63,372 nt of DNA, filler included, from Gemmatimonadota bacterium (GCA_003697105.1; 4 parts of 4 records of this genome joined end to end with filler, not necessarily neighbours in it); one strand, 5' to 3'. Positions 17,880 through 27,869 are shown, numbered from the whole stretch's first letter. Numbers and translations are program-made. Notes: generated by a model from the letters alone, not told the origin.

Positions 17880-20702
17880 ATGGTTAGATATCGATGGGTG
17901 TTTTGCTGGATGTTCATCTTAGGGTGGGGGTGGGGGCAACATGACCTCACCCATGCCCAATATTTTGGTAAAAATAAAATTCAGTACACCCAGTTTGACT
18001 GGAAGGTCATGGAAACCCCCCATTTTGATATTTTTTACTACGAAACCGAAAGTGAATTGGCAGAAATGGCGGCGGCAATTGCCGAATCTGCCAACAAAAA
18101 GCTCTCCGCCATATTCCGCCACCATTTAACCCGCCGTATTCCGCTTATTATTTACAGTACGCACAACGATTTTCAACAGACCAATACCTCGCCCTATTTC
18201 ATACCGGAAAGTACCGGTGGTTTTACGGAATTTGCCAAAGGGCGAGTGGTTTTGCCTTATAACGGTTCCTATTTTGATCTGAAGCACGTCCTGACCCACG
18301 AGTTGGTGCATGTCTATCAACTGAATATTTTACATGATCTGCAAAAAACGCACCCGCGCCTCAAAATGACCTACCCGCCATTGTGGTTTATTGAAGGGAT
18401 GGCGGAAGTCTTTAGTGAGGATTGGGATACGGAAGCGGATATGATCTTGCGCGATTTGGTACTCTCCCAAAATCTACTTCCCATCCCGGAAATCTGGCGT
18501 ATCAGCGGTTCTTATCTGATGTACAAGCAAGGGCAATCCATCTTGACATATATCGCGCAACACTATGGGGAAGATAAAATTGTGCAGATGTTACGGGATT
18601 GGTGGAAAGTGAAGGATTTTGAGGAGGCGGTGCCATTGGCGCTGGGTATCTCCTTGGTGGAACTCAGCCGCCAATGGATGTATGCCCTTCAGAAGACGTA
18701 TTATCCGGTGCTGGAGAGCCGAGATACCCCTGACCAAACCTATACGCGCCTCGCGTTTGAAGGTTTTTTGAATTACCGCCCGGCAGTGGTGCCGGATACC
18801 ACGCAACTTCGCTTCTGTTTTGGTTCCAATCGAGATGGTTTCCCCGGAATTTATTATTTGGAAGGCAGTGAACCGTTGAGCAAACCCAAACGGCTTATCA
18901 AAAGTGGGCAGTCTGCCCGGTTTGAATCGCTTCATTTGCAACGGAGTTCCATTGATGTTAATGCTGCCGAACAACTGGTTTTTGTTAGCAAAAGTGGGGA
19001 ACGAGATGCGCTCTATATCTATGATATTCCAAATCGGGAAATACGGTGGCGAGCGGAATTTGATAGCCTAATTGCCCTCTCTTCGCCGGCGTGGTCGCCG
19101 GATGCGTCCCGTATTGTGTTTAGTGCTCTGAACAATGGGGGCATGTCGGATTTATATATGGTAACGGTATCCGACCAACACCTGACGCAATTGACCCATG
19201 ATGTGTATCATGACCGGCATCCCCGGTGGAGTCCCGATGGGCGGTGGATTGCGTTCAGTTCCGACCGTAATCCGTGGGGCGATCAAGGGGCATATAATAT
19301 CTACCGGTATGATGTGGAACAGGGGGATATTCAACCGCTCACTGCCGGAAACCACATTGATAATTACCCAGATTGGCATCCAAATGGGGATTATTTGGTT
19401 TATAATTCGGATCGAGATGGTATATTTGACCTCTATTTAGTGGATTTAGCCGGAAATACGATACCGGTTACCCGCACAACGACCGGCTTTTCCGATCCGC
19501 GCTGGACGGCTGATGGGCGCTCGTTGGTTGCCTCGGCGCTGGTCAATCACCGTCCGGCATTGTTTTGGATTGAAACCCCCGATTCCTTGTTTCAGCAACT
19601 CGGTTTCCGCCGGGACATCGGGGATACCATGACGGTAACTATGCCGGATTCTTACGCCGTCTGGCAGCCGCAACGAACACAGGGGGAGTATGTCGAACGA
19701 GATTATAAACCCCGTTTTACGATGGATATTTCGAGTTCTACCATTGCTTTTGATTCCGATTTGCGCTTCGGCGGTGGCTCGGTGCTGGTATTTACCGATA
19801 TGCTGGGGAATCATCAGTTAGGTCTGGTGTTAAGCAACAATTCGGGTGAGATGGGTACCTTTTTCAAAAATTTTGATGCGTGGGTTGGATATACCAACCT
19901 GGCCAACCGGATGAATTACACCATCGGGGGATTTCATTTTTACGATGAGTACCAAGAACCGCGAAATTTTGAAGACGTCGGCAGTTACGCCGAACGTCAA
20001 TATGGCGGTATGGTTGCCCTCACATACCCCTTTTCCCCGTTCCGGCGGGCGAGTTTGACGACCCTTCTGCGCCGGACAGAGCAGGATTATTACATCATTA
20101 ACGATCATAAAAACGCTTTTTTAACATCGCTTTTTTTGAATTATACGAAAGATACGTCATTGATGTTTTACGGCACGGCTGGACCGGTTGATGGCTCGCG
20201 TTACAGCTTCTCTGTCGGGCACACCATCGATTTTGATGATGTCCAATTGGGATACACCACATTTGTCGCAGATGCCCGGCGATATTTTCGATTGGGTACT
20301 CGAAGTTGTTTTGCCACCCGAACCTTAGGGTTGTTCAGCACCGGTGATAACCCCGAATATTACCGCATTGGCGGTTCATGGACATTGCGTGGCTATGATT
20401 GGCGTTCGTTAGAAGGAACAAAAATTATATTGCTCAATAATGAAGTCCGGTTTCCGGTACTGAACCGCCTGCTACTCGGATTCCCAATGGGTACGCTAGA
20501 ATTGCCCGGCACAGAAGGCGCTATTTTTTTTGATATGGCGTATCTCGGTGAAGAAAAATTCCAAGCGCCCCTAGGTAGTTTCGGCTTGAGTTTTCGCTTG
20601 AATTTAGGTATAGTACTACGTTTAGATGTTGCCAAAAAGACGGATTTCGACCGAATTTCGCGCGAAACCGTAACCCAGTTCTTTTTTGGTTATGATTACT
20701 AA
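17880..20702 (+). CDS. Omp85/BamA-TamA family outer-membrane protein with N-terminal zincin (peptidase MA-like) domain and PD40/TolB-like propeller
   Basis: QYFGKNK, HELVH plus WFIEGMAE, repeated PxWSPDG motifs, Omp85 lid motif LRGY, aromatic C-terminus FFFGYDY. Confidence 0.85.
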   Translation: MVRYRWVFCWMFILGWGWGQHDLTHAQYFGKNKIQYTQFDWKVMETPHFDIFYYETESELAEMAAAIAESANKKLSAIFRHHLTRRIPLIIYSTHNDFQQTNTSPYFIPESTGGFTEFAKGRVVLPYNGSYFDLKHVLTHELVHVYQLNILHDLQKTHPRLKMTYPPLWFIEGMAEVFSEDWDTEADMILRDLVLSQNLLPIPEIWRISGSYLMYKQGQSILTYIAQHYGEDKIVQMLRDWWKVKDFEEAVPLALGISLVELSRQWMYALQKTYYPVLESRDTPDQTYTRLAFEGFLNYRPAVVPDTTQLRFCFGSNRDGFPGIYYLEGSEPLSKPKRLIKSGQSARFESLHLQRSSIDVNAAEQLVFVSKSGERDALYIYDIPNREIRWRAEFDSLIALSSPAWSPDASRIVFSALNNGGMSDLYMVTVSDQHLTQLTHDVYHDRHPRWSPDGRWIAFSSDRNPWGDQGAYNIYRYDVEQGDIQPLTAGNHIDNYPDWHPNGDYLVYNSDRDGIFDLYLVDLAGNTIPVTRTTTGFSDPRWTADGRSLVASALVNHRPALFWIETPDSLFQQLGFRRDIGDTMTVTMPDSYAVWQPQRTQGEYVERDYKPRFTMDISSSTIAFDSDLRFGGGSVLVFTDMLGNHQLGLVLSNNSGEMGTFFKNFDAWVGYTNLANRMNYTIGGFHFYDEYQEPRNFEDVGSYAERQYGGMVALTYPFSPFRRASLTTLLRRTEQDYYIINDHKNAFLTSLFLNYTKDTSLMFYGTAGPVDGSRYSFSVGHTIDFDDVQLGYTTFVADARRYFRLGTRSCFATRTLGLFSTGDNPEYYRIGGSWTLRGYDWRSLEGTKIILLNNEVRFPVLNRLLLGFPMGTLELPGTEGAIFFDMAYLGEEKFQAPLGSFGLSFRLNLGIVLRLDVAKKTDFDRISRETVTQFFFGYDY

Positions 20703-20789
20703 GGGTGGAGGTGTCAGGATTGGGGAGCATCTGTGTTCTTCAGCCCTAACCCCTTTTCCTTTACACTTAACCTTGGAGAACACTTCAGA

Positions 20790-22475
20790 ATGGAGACTGT
20801 ACAATGGTATCTTAAAGAGATCGACCCAGACCGGATTCCGCAATTAATCACCGGTGAGATTCCACCGGTCGTCGCACATTTGCTCGCCGGACGGGGAATT
20901 ACGACGATTGAAGAAGCACAGCGATTCCTGAATCCGTCCCTTTCGGATTTGCATAGCCCCTATTTTTTGCTCGATTTAGACCGGACGGCAAAGCGTATTC
21001 AGCAATACCAAGATTCCGGGCAGACGGTACTCGTCTATGGGCATGATGATGTGGATGGGATCACCAGTACGCTGGTTATTGTCGAGACCTTGCGTTTGTT
21101 GGGGATTCCGGCAAAAACGTTTATCCCAAACCGGATGTCTGATGATTATAAACTAAGTACGGAGGTTTATGAGCAGTGTCGGAATGAAAATATCCCGTTG
21201 GTCATTGCCATTGATAATGGTATTACCAGTGTGGATGAAGTCGCGTATGGCAACCAAATCGGGGTAGAGACGATCATCATTGATCATCATATTTGCCCGA
21301 ATCCATTACCGCCGGCATTTGCAATAGTGAACCCGCTTCGACCCGGCTGCCCTTACCCGTTTAAAAAATTGGCGGCCGTGGGTTTGGCGTATAAACTGGC
21401 ACAGGTACTCTTAAAAGCACCGCCATACCAGCAGGCGCTGGAAACCCTGCTCGAGCTGGTGGTATTGGGGACGGTTTCGGATAAAGTACCTTTACTCGAT
21501 GAGAATCGGTTGTTCACCTATTTTGGGTTGCAAAAATTAGCGCAAACACAACGCCCAGGATTGAAGTATCTGGTCGAACAGTTTCACATCCGTCCAGAAG
21601 ACACTTCAATTGAAAAAGTGGCATCCCGCATCATTCCGTTATTGACCTCCGGGCGTACCGGAGACGGTCAGCATCATGGATACCAACTGTTGGTAGAAAC
21701 GGATGAGATTGAAATCCGTAAATTGTATGCCCTATTGAGCCAGATTTCGCACCAATGGCGGGAGGAATCCTCCCAAGCAACCCTATCGGCGGTAAAACGG
21801 GTTGAACAATTAGATTTGCTGGATGAAAAGATCATCATTGTCGTCGACCGGAATTTGCCGATCTCCTATTTGGGCAAATGCGCCGCCAAACTTAAAGCTC
21901 GTTTTGATCGTCCGGCAATTGTGATGAGCTACAAACGGGATCACGCCGTGGGAGAAGCCCGTTCGATTGAGGGTTTTGATCTGGTAGCGGCATTCCGCCA
22001 CTGCGAAGATTTGCTGATCCAGTACGGTGGGCACAAACCGGCGGCAGGCTTCTCGATTCCGTTTGAAAATATTTCTGCGTTTCAGGAACGGATGTTTGAA
22101 TACGCCGATCAGATGCTGGATTGGGAAGAGTTGCAACCCGTCATTGAAGTGGATGCCGAACTCCCCGTGGATGACATTACACCCGATCTTATTCGATGGA
22201 TTGCTCGATTTGAACCCTTGGGTTCCGGGAACCCGGTACCAGTCTTTTACGCCGAAAATGTGCCGTACGACCCGGTTTCTCTGCCGGGCTATGCCGGTCG
22301 AAGCGGAACCGTGCTTATGCGAGCGTCCGGGTCGATTTTCGAGCAATTGCTCCAGCTACCTGCTGGTGGGAAAATCGATCTGGTGTTTACCCTAGACTTA
22401 GAATCGCCAGATTCTCCGACCATCGAGGTGAAAGATTTTACGGAAGCCGGTGCGGATCGAGAAACATTGGTGTGA
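20790..22475 (+). CDS. recJ: Single-stranded-DNA-specific exonuclease RecJ
   Basis: DVDG, DNG, DHH, GTVSD, GGHKPAAG, EPLGSGNP. ATG at 20790 with GGAGA upstream. Confidence 0.9.
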   Translation: METVQWYLKEIDPDRIPQLITGEIPPVVAHLLAGRGITTIEEAQRFLNPSLSDLHSPYFLLDLDRTAKRIQQYQDSGQTVLVYGHDDVDGITSTLVIVETLRLLGIPAKTFIPNRMSDDYKLSTEVYEQCRNENIPLVIAIDNGITSVDEVAYGNQIGVETIIIDHHICPNPLPPAFAIVNPLRPGCPYPFKKLAAVGLAYKLAQVLLKAPPYQQALETLLELVVLGTVSDKVPLLDENRLFTYFGLQKLAQTQRPGLKYLVEQFHIRPEDTSIEKVASRIIPLLTSGRTGDGQHHGYQLLVETDEIEIRKLYALLSQISHQWREESSQATLSAVKRVEQLDLLDEKIIIVVDRNLPISYLGKCAAKLKARFDRPAIVMSYKRDHAVGEARSIEGFDLVAAFRHCEDLLIQYGGHKPAAGFSIPFENISAFQERMFEYADQMLDWEELQPVIEVDAELPVDDITPDLIRWIARFEPLGSGNPVPVFYAENVPYDPVSLPGYAGRSGTVLMRASGSIFEQLLQLPAGGKIDLVFTLDLESPDSPTIEVKDFTEAGADRETLV

Positions 22476-22498
22476 CTGTCCGGGAGCCATTCTGGAAC

Positions 22499-23944
22499 TC
22501 ATGAGGGTTTGTCTTGACTCGTGCTCAACCGAAAGAGGAATGATCTGAGTCCCCACAATCCCGCAAAAATCAATAAGGTGACGGTACCACATCCGGCTAA
22601 ATGCCATAGGGTGGACTCAATATAACGTCCGGCGGCATATCCCCCCAACATGGCGATCCCGCTGATTCCGCCGATCTCCAACAGGGATTTAAAGGGCAAT
22701 ACCTGCCAAAACGAGACCTTTAGGGCCTTGCATACCCAGATCAAATAGACCAGCACTTGTAAATAGGTGGAAATCACCACCGCCCAAGCGGGTCCAGTAC
22801 TGCCCCAATGTTGCACCAGCCATAATCCTAGCAGGAAATTGAGGATTAGATCGCCCAGCGAGGCGTAAAAAATCGGTTTGGTATGTCCGGCGGCGAGTAA
22901 AATAGAAGAGACAAATAGCGCTCGCAAGGGAATCAGTAACAGAAAGATACGGAAATAGTGGGCACTCTCGCGGTAGCTTTCAGAGAAGAGGAGCACCATC
23001 ACGTCTTCCGCACAGACCAGAAACACGGCAAATACCGCAAAGAGAATCAGAGCAAGTTTGCGGATGCCATTATGCCAGATGTGCCGTACTGTCGCGGAAT
23101 CCCCTCTCCCCAGTAATTGACTAAACTCTGGGATCACCACCGCCGCCACCGAGGAGACCAAAATACCGATAAACGGAATCTCAAAGCTGCCGTTACTGTA
23201 AATGGCAAATTCCGTGGCACTGAAGAAGGCGGCAACTAGCAGGGCATTGGTGTTGTGGGCGAGAATCCCAACCATTTCGGTTAGTGCTACCGGCACGGCA
23301 TAACGCAGTTGGCGGGTGAGAAGGGCAATATTGATCCCCAGATGAGGTTTACCCAGCACCCGCAGGGTTTGGCTGAGGAAGAGCACCAACTTAAAACTGA
23401 CAGCCACACCAAGCCCAACCAATGCCCAATACACCGATTGCGTTTGGGAGACCAGCACCCACAGGAGCAGGAGGGCAAGACTACTACTGATAAGGGATAC
23501 CCCTAGGATTAGTTTTTGCCGGTTGAGGCTGATAAACAGGGGTTCGGCGAAGGAAACCAGCACTCCACTGAAGACATACAGCGCAAACACCCGGAGCAAC
23601 GGGATCACCTCGGGACGGTGGACGCCCCGCCCGAACGGCTCACTGCCCCAAAAGAAGATCAACGCGCCTAAGAGTGCCAGCACGCCTAAACATTCGAGGG
23701 TTTGCCAAATAAAACGGAGTTGAGCGTCACCTTCCAACCGGACATAAAAAAAGAGAATACTTGCCGGAATGCCAATGGTGAGAAACGGAAATGCGGTACG
23801 GTAAATCAGCAAGACATACTGAAAATTACCGTAATCGGCTTTATCCAATAGGCGGCTTAGCAGGACTGCCACCAAAAGCAAACTTAGGCGGTTGATCGCA
23901 CGGGCACTACCCAATATGCCGATGCGGCGGGTTAGGGTACTCAT
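22499..23944 (-). CDS. Oligosaccharide flippase family (Wzx/MOP) membrane protein
   Basis: Many transmembrane helices, SRLLDKADYG start motif, GSTGPAWA. Confidence 0.8.
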   Translation of the reverse strand: MSTLTRRIGILGSARAINRLSLLLVAVLLSRLLDKADYGNFQYVLLIYRTAFPFLTIGIPASILFFYVRLEGDAQLRFIWQTLECLGVLALLGALIFFWGSEPFGRGVHRPEVIPLLRVFALYVFSGVLVSFAEPLFISLNRQKLILGVSLISSSLALLLLWVLVSQTQSVYWALVGLGVAVSFKLVLFLSQTLRVLGKPHLGINIALLTRQLRYAVPVALTEMVGILAHNTNALLVAAFFSATEFAIYSNGSFEIPFIGILVSSVAAVVIPEFSQLLGRGDSATVRHIWHNGIRKLALILFAVFAVFLVCAEDVMVLLFSESYRESAHYFRIFLLLIPLRALFVSSILLAAGHTKPIFYASLGDLILNFLLGLWLVQHWGSTGPAWAVVISTYLQVLVYLIWVCKALKVSFWQVLPFKSLLEIGGISGIAMLGGYAAGRYIESTLWHLAGCGTVTLLIFAGLWGLRSFLFRLSTSQDKPS

Positions 23945-24714
23945 TCCACGTGTTGGATGCAGTCAAGCATTTGCTGGTGTAGTTGGGGGTTGGCGGCGAC
24001 GATGTTTCCGGTGTGCAGAAAATGTGGGCTGCCGCTCATCTCGGTAACGATGCCGCCAGCTTCTTTGACAATTAGCGTCCCCGCGGCAATGTCCCACGGA
24101 TAGAGGTTAAATTCCCAAAACCCATCCAGACGCCCACATGCTACATGTACCAGATCGAGTGCGGCGGAGCCTGCCCGGCGCATATCCGAACAAATGTTAA
24201 ACAATGCCCGGAACACTTTTAGATAGTGATCAAAAATTTGAGGTTTCCGGAAGGGAAACCCCGTCGCAATCAACGACATCTGTCGCTCCGCGGTCTGGGT
24301 CACCTGAATTGGTTTCCCATTGAGGAATGCCCCCTTCCCTTTTTCCGCCGTAAATAGCTCATCTCGGACCGGATCATACACCACACCTAAAATTAACTCC
24401 TGTTCATACTGTAACGCAATGGAGACACAATACATTTGATAACCATGAATGTAATTTGTGGTACCATCCAGCGGATCGATAATCCAGCAGTAAGGTGAAT
24501 CGGTGGTGCTTTGCTCAGATTCTTCTGCGAGTACACCAAACGTGGGAAATCGATCCGCCAACAGACTCAATATGGCTTTTTCTGCGGCGATATCGATTTC
24601 GGTGACAAAATCCCGCGCTTGTTTGTGAATGATTTCCGTGTACTGGAGCTTTTCACGTTGCGTTTGCAACACTGCCCCGCCCGCTTTTGCGGCATTGATT
24701 GCGGCTTCTAACAT
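23941..24714 (-). CDS. suhB: Inositol monophosphatase family protein
   Basis: DFVTEID, AEE, WIIDPLDGTTNY, GSAALDL, WDIAAG. Confidence 0.92.
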   Translation of the reverse strand: MLEAAINAAKAGGAVLQTQREKLQYTEIIHKQARDFVTEIDIAAEKAILSLLADRFPTFGVLAEESEQSTTDSPYCWIIDPLDGTTNYIHGYQMYCVSIALQYEQELILGVVYDPVRDELFTAEKGKGAFLNGKPIQVTQTAERQMSLIATGFPFRKPQIFDHYLKVFRALFNICSDMRRAGSAALDLVHVACGRLDGFWEFNLYPWDIAAGTLIVKEAGGIVTEMSGSPHFLHTGNIVAANPQLHQQMLDCIQHVE

Positions 24715-24763
24715 TGTCTCCCTCTTTAAATTAGTTGTTTTTTATCAATAAGTTACAGTAATA

Positions 24764-25570
24764 TTAATTTTTCACCGCTTGCTTAAGCTGTCGCACACGT
24801 GTTTGATCCACCGGGTTTAAGGTTATTCCATCAATTTTCAAGGCAGTCCCGACAATCGCCCCGTCCGCGATGGCGAACGTATCTCGTGCGGTGTTGGGGT
24901 TGACGCCGCTACCCACCAGCACCGGCGCCTGAGGCAGAACCGATTTAATGTCTTGGACGTGGTCCAGATTCGTTGATTGACCGGTTCCACTGCCCGTAAT
25001 GATCAACGCATCCGCCATTCCTCGCAGAAATGTATCTTTTGCGATAGTAACCAAATCCATGGATCCGATTGGGAAGGCGTGTTTGACCATCACATCCGCC
25101 AAGATTGCCACGTTGTTGGCATCAAGTTGGTTACGGTAGCGCAATGTTTGGTGTGCCTTTCCTTGTAGTATTCCTTGATCGGCGACCATTGCCCCCGTAT
25201 GGACATTTACGCGGATGAATTGGCTGTGGGTCATGGCGGCGATTGCCAGAGCCGCTTGAGCATCGTTCCGCAGGACATTGATCCCAATCGGGATGGTTTC
25301 CACAATTGCTTTTACCGCCAACGTGACGCGGGTCATGGCGGCGATGGTGTGGGGTTCGACCTGTGCCGGGTAAAACGGGTAATCGCCGTAATTTTCAATG
25401 ATGATTCCATCGATACCTCCGTTTTTCAAGGCTTCGGTATCACGGAGAGCATGATCGATCACGGTTGTCATCGAACCACGATAATTCGGGCTACCGGGTA
25501 AGGGATGGAGGTGAATCACCCCGATTAGGGGTTTATGGTTTGGAAAAAGTTCGGTAAATCGGGTACTCAT
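24764..25570 (-). CDS. btpA: BtpA/SgcQ family protein
   Basis: IGVIHLHPLPGSP, ENYGDYPF, GINVLRND, VKHA, VGSGV. True start ATG 25570 (SD AAGGAG); the track's longer start lies in the IS end. Confidence 0.85.
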   Translation of the reverse strand: MSTRFTELFPNHKPLIGVIHLHPLPGSPNYRGSMTTVIDHALRDTEALKNGGIDGIIIENYGDYPFYPAQVEPHTIAAMTRVTLAVKAIVETIPIGINVLRNDAQAALAIAAMTHSQFIRVNVHTGAMVADQGILQGKAHQTLRYRNQLDANNVAILADVMVKHAFPIGSMDLVTIAKDTFLRGMADALIITGSGTGQSTNLDHVQDIKSVLPQAPVLVGSGVNPNTARDTFAIADGAIVGTALKIDGITLNPVDQTRVRQLKQAVKN

Positions 25571-25587
25571 TATGTTCTCCTTATTAA

Positions 25588-25686
25588 CTGAAAACTCTGG
25601 AAAACTCATGTTTTAAAATTGATAAAGGCGTTCATTTTCTCAAAGGCATCGTCGTCGATGTTATTTTGGATGCGGAATCGTTGCAC
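25588..25686 (-). mobile_element. Right end of the same multicopy IS, inverted relative to 10520-10618
   Basis: 99/99 identity (reverse complement) with 10520-10618. Confidence 0.75.
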
Positions 25687-25786
25687 NNNNNNNNNNNNNN
25701 NNNNNNNNNNNNNNNNNNNNNNNNNNNNNNTTAATTAATTAANNNNNNNNNNNNNNNNNNNNNNNNNNNNNNNNNNNNNNNNNNNN
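25687..25786. other. Artificial contig linker
   Basis: Same 100-nt N/TTAATTAATTAA spacer. Confidence 0.99.
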
Positions 25787-25787
25787 G

Positions 25788-26048
25788 AATATAATCGAAA
25801 GAATCTACGAATTAAATGATGAGCAAACCATTACGCTTCAAATACCGAAAGACTTCAAATCGAAAGTCGTAAAGGTTATTGTTTTACCTGTTGCACAGCC
25901 GAGACCGAAGAAAGATCGTCTGCCCATGAAAGAAATGTTGGCAGGATTCCGAGAACTTTATAAAGAAGAACCCGGTGAGATCGAAATTCCAGAACGATTT
26001 GATAGACCCAATCTGACATTGGAGAATGCTGATGAGTTTTCTTTGTGA
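25788..26048 (+). CDS. Small protein overlapping the PIN-toxin start, probable antitoxin (5'-partial)
   Basis: Not in the track: NIIERIYELNDEQTITLQIPKDFKSKVVKVIVLP...EIEIPERFDRPNLTLENADEFSL*. Overlaps the toxin start, as in TA operons. Confidence 0.65.
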   Translation, partial: NIIERIYELNDEQTITLQIPKDFKSKVVKVIVLPVAQPRPKKDRLPMKEMLAGFRELYKEEPGEIEIPERFDRPNLTLENADEFSL

Positions 26049-26427
26049 TACCAATGTAATCAGCGAAGTATTAAGACCTAGACCCATCAAAACGGTTGAA
26101 GATTGGCTTGATTCTTTGGAGATTGTTTACGTGAGCGTGGTTACTGTTGGTGAAATTCATGCAGGTCTGGCTTACAAAAAAGCGCTAAAACAGACGCGGA
26201 TGTTTGAAGATTATCTTGACATGTATTGCTGAATTTTACCGATAACCCGCCCTATTGCTACTCATTCAGGTACTCTTCGGGGCAAATTCCGACAAAGCGG
26301 TGTAACCCGCAGTCAAGCCGATCTATTCATCGCAGCCACTGCCAAAGAGTACGACTTTATACTTGCAACCCGCAATATCAAAGACTTCGAGAATTGCGGA
26401 ATTGAAGTATTCAATCCTTTTCCTTAA
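26032..26427 (+). pseudogene. vapC: PIN-domain VapC toxin interrupted by an in-frame TGA at 26230-26232
   Basis: MSFLCDTNVISE...SVVTVGEI...YC*ILPITRPIA...QADLFIAATAKEYDFILATRNIKDFENCGIEVFNPFP*. Both halves carry PIN motifs in one frame. Confidence 0.88.
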
Positions 26428-26573
26428 ATTTCTACAAATATATTATTGAATAAACGTAACATATTGTAAATAAATGAATTACAATCTAACTTTACTTGTA
26501 GCCGAACCACGCTACGCAGTTCTCCCCGAATAATTTTCGGGTAAATTTTAGTTCGTCTCTTCTAACCACCTAA

Positions 26574-27566
26574 CTATCCGTATTTTTCCTGCATTTTCTT
26601 CACTTCATTCTTCACCCACTCGCGCACATGCTCCGGTTCTAGGATTTCCGCCGAGCCACCAAACCGGAGCGCCCACCATGCCGCTTGGAGGGGTTCACTC
26701 ATCCAAATTGACATGAGTGTGCTTCCGTCTTCCTGATCCGCAAAGGTGCGTTTGGTGTTGGCAAAGGGGTACTCTTTTGCCAAGATTGCCATCTTTTTAT
26801 CGATCCGGATCACCACTTTTTGCTTTTCACCGGTAAACACGTGCCCGTTACCAAGAATCTCGTCGACTATCTTCTGGTGCTCCGGATCGGTACACGGTTT
26901 ATAGCTCCATGTTGCCGGAAGTACCCGGATTTCTTGAATACGGATGATCTTAAACGTCCGTATCTTATGCCGGCGGTGACAATAGCCAATAACATACAAG
27001 CTATGCCCTTTACTTGCCATCACATAGGGACTCATTTCGCGCTGGGTGATTTCATCCGACGATTTGGAATAATAGACCATTTGCACCCGCCGCTTTTCAG
27101 CGATAGCGGTATGAAATGTCTCAATAATGTGAGCCGGAATGGACCATTCTGTAGGTTGTAAGGAAAGGCGGGAGTTCAAATGTTGGGCGGCATCTTGAAG
27201 ATGCTGGGGAAGTTGGTCAATGATTTTACTGAGGGCAGACCGGATATCCTTTGCCAGCGGATTCCCCGAGGCGTGTTCCAGTTGGCGCAGACTATAAATC
27301 AGGGCAAAAACTTCTTCTTTGGTGGAAAAAACGGAAGGAATAATCAGCGTATCGGATTGTAGATGATACCCTTCGCCCCGGCGCCGGCTCCCCCGAATAT
27401 CAATGCCCACCTTCCGCAGCAATTCCAAATCCTGCAAAAGGGTATTTTTGCTCACGGCAAAGTGATGTTCAAGGTCGCGCAACCGGTACTTATGGGGATG
27501 CGTCTTGATCAAGGCGTATAATTGGAGAAGCCGTACAAATCGATCCGTATTCTTATGGGACGACAT
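26574..27566 (-). CDS. WYL-domain transcriptional regulator (HTH-WYL-WCX)
   Basis: N-terminal HTH (FAVSKNTLLQDLELL), YYS...REMSPY...YVIGYCHRRHKIRTFKIIRI, C-terminal FGGSAEILEP. Confidence 0.9.
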   Translation of the reverse strand: MSSHKNTDRFVRLLQLYALIKTHPHKYRLRDLEHHFAVSKNTLLQDLELLRKVGIDIRGSRRRGEGYHLQSDTLIIPSVFSTKEEVFALIYSLRQLEHASGNPLAKDIRSALSKIIDQLPQHLQDAAQHLNSRLSLQPTEWSIPAHIIETFHTAIAEKRRVQMVYYSKSSDEITQREMSPYVMASKGHSLYVIGYCHRRHKIRTFKIIRIQEIRVLPATWSYKPCTDPEHQKIVDEILGNGHVFTGEKQKVVIRIDKKMAILAKEYPFANTKRTFADQEDGSTLMSIWMSEPLQAAWWALRFGGSAEILEPEHVREWVKNEVKKMQEKYG

Positions 27567-27714
27567 CTTTCACATTTCACAGGCATGTATAAAGGTCACA
27601 AGTGATGCAAGCCTCACAGACAAAACGGCTCAATTGTATTTAAAATTGAAAGTGGCATCTGTCAAGACAAAATATTTTAGAATTAGTCCCTCATAAGCGG
27701 GGTATTTCCCCAAT

Positions 27715-27750
27715 AAAAAAACCCTAAGTAGTTTATTCACTTAGGGTTTT
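27715..27750 (-). terminator. Terminator downstream of tRNA-Leu
   Basis: AAAACCCTAAGT-N-ACTTAGGGTTTT hairpin with a T-run on the minus strand. Confidence 0.7.
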
Positions 27751-27758
27751 ATTGTTTT

Positions 27759-27845
27759 TGGTGCCGAAGGGGGGACTCGAACCCCCAAGGGATTGCTCCC
27801 GCCGGTCCCTGAAACCGGTGCGTTTACCAATTTCACCACTTCGGC
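27759..27845 (-). tRNA. tRNA-Leu(CAG)
   Basis: GCCGAAG/CTTCGGC acceptor stem plus ACCA, anticodon arm CCGGT-TTCAGGG-ACCGG, long variable arm, GGTTCGAGTCC T-arm. Confidence 0.95.
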
Positions 27846-27869
27846 GTCTGCTCTATTTTGGTGATGCGC

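Noticed and set aside
25571-25609. Longer btpA start in the track
   Set aside because: Begins inside the IS end; the SD supports ATG 25570.
27759-27845. tRNA-Sec (TCA appears in the anticodon loop)
   Set aside because: Loop TTCAGGG puts CAG at positions 34-36 and the acceptor stem is 7 bp, so it is tRNA-Leu.
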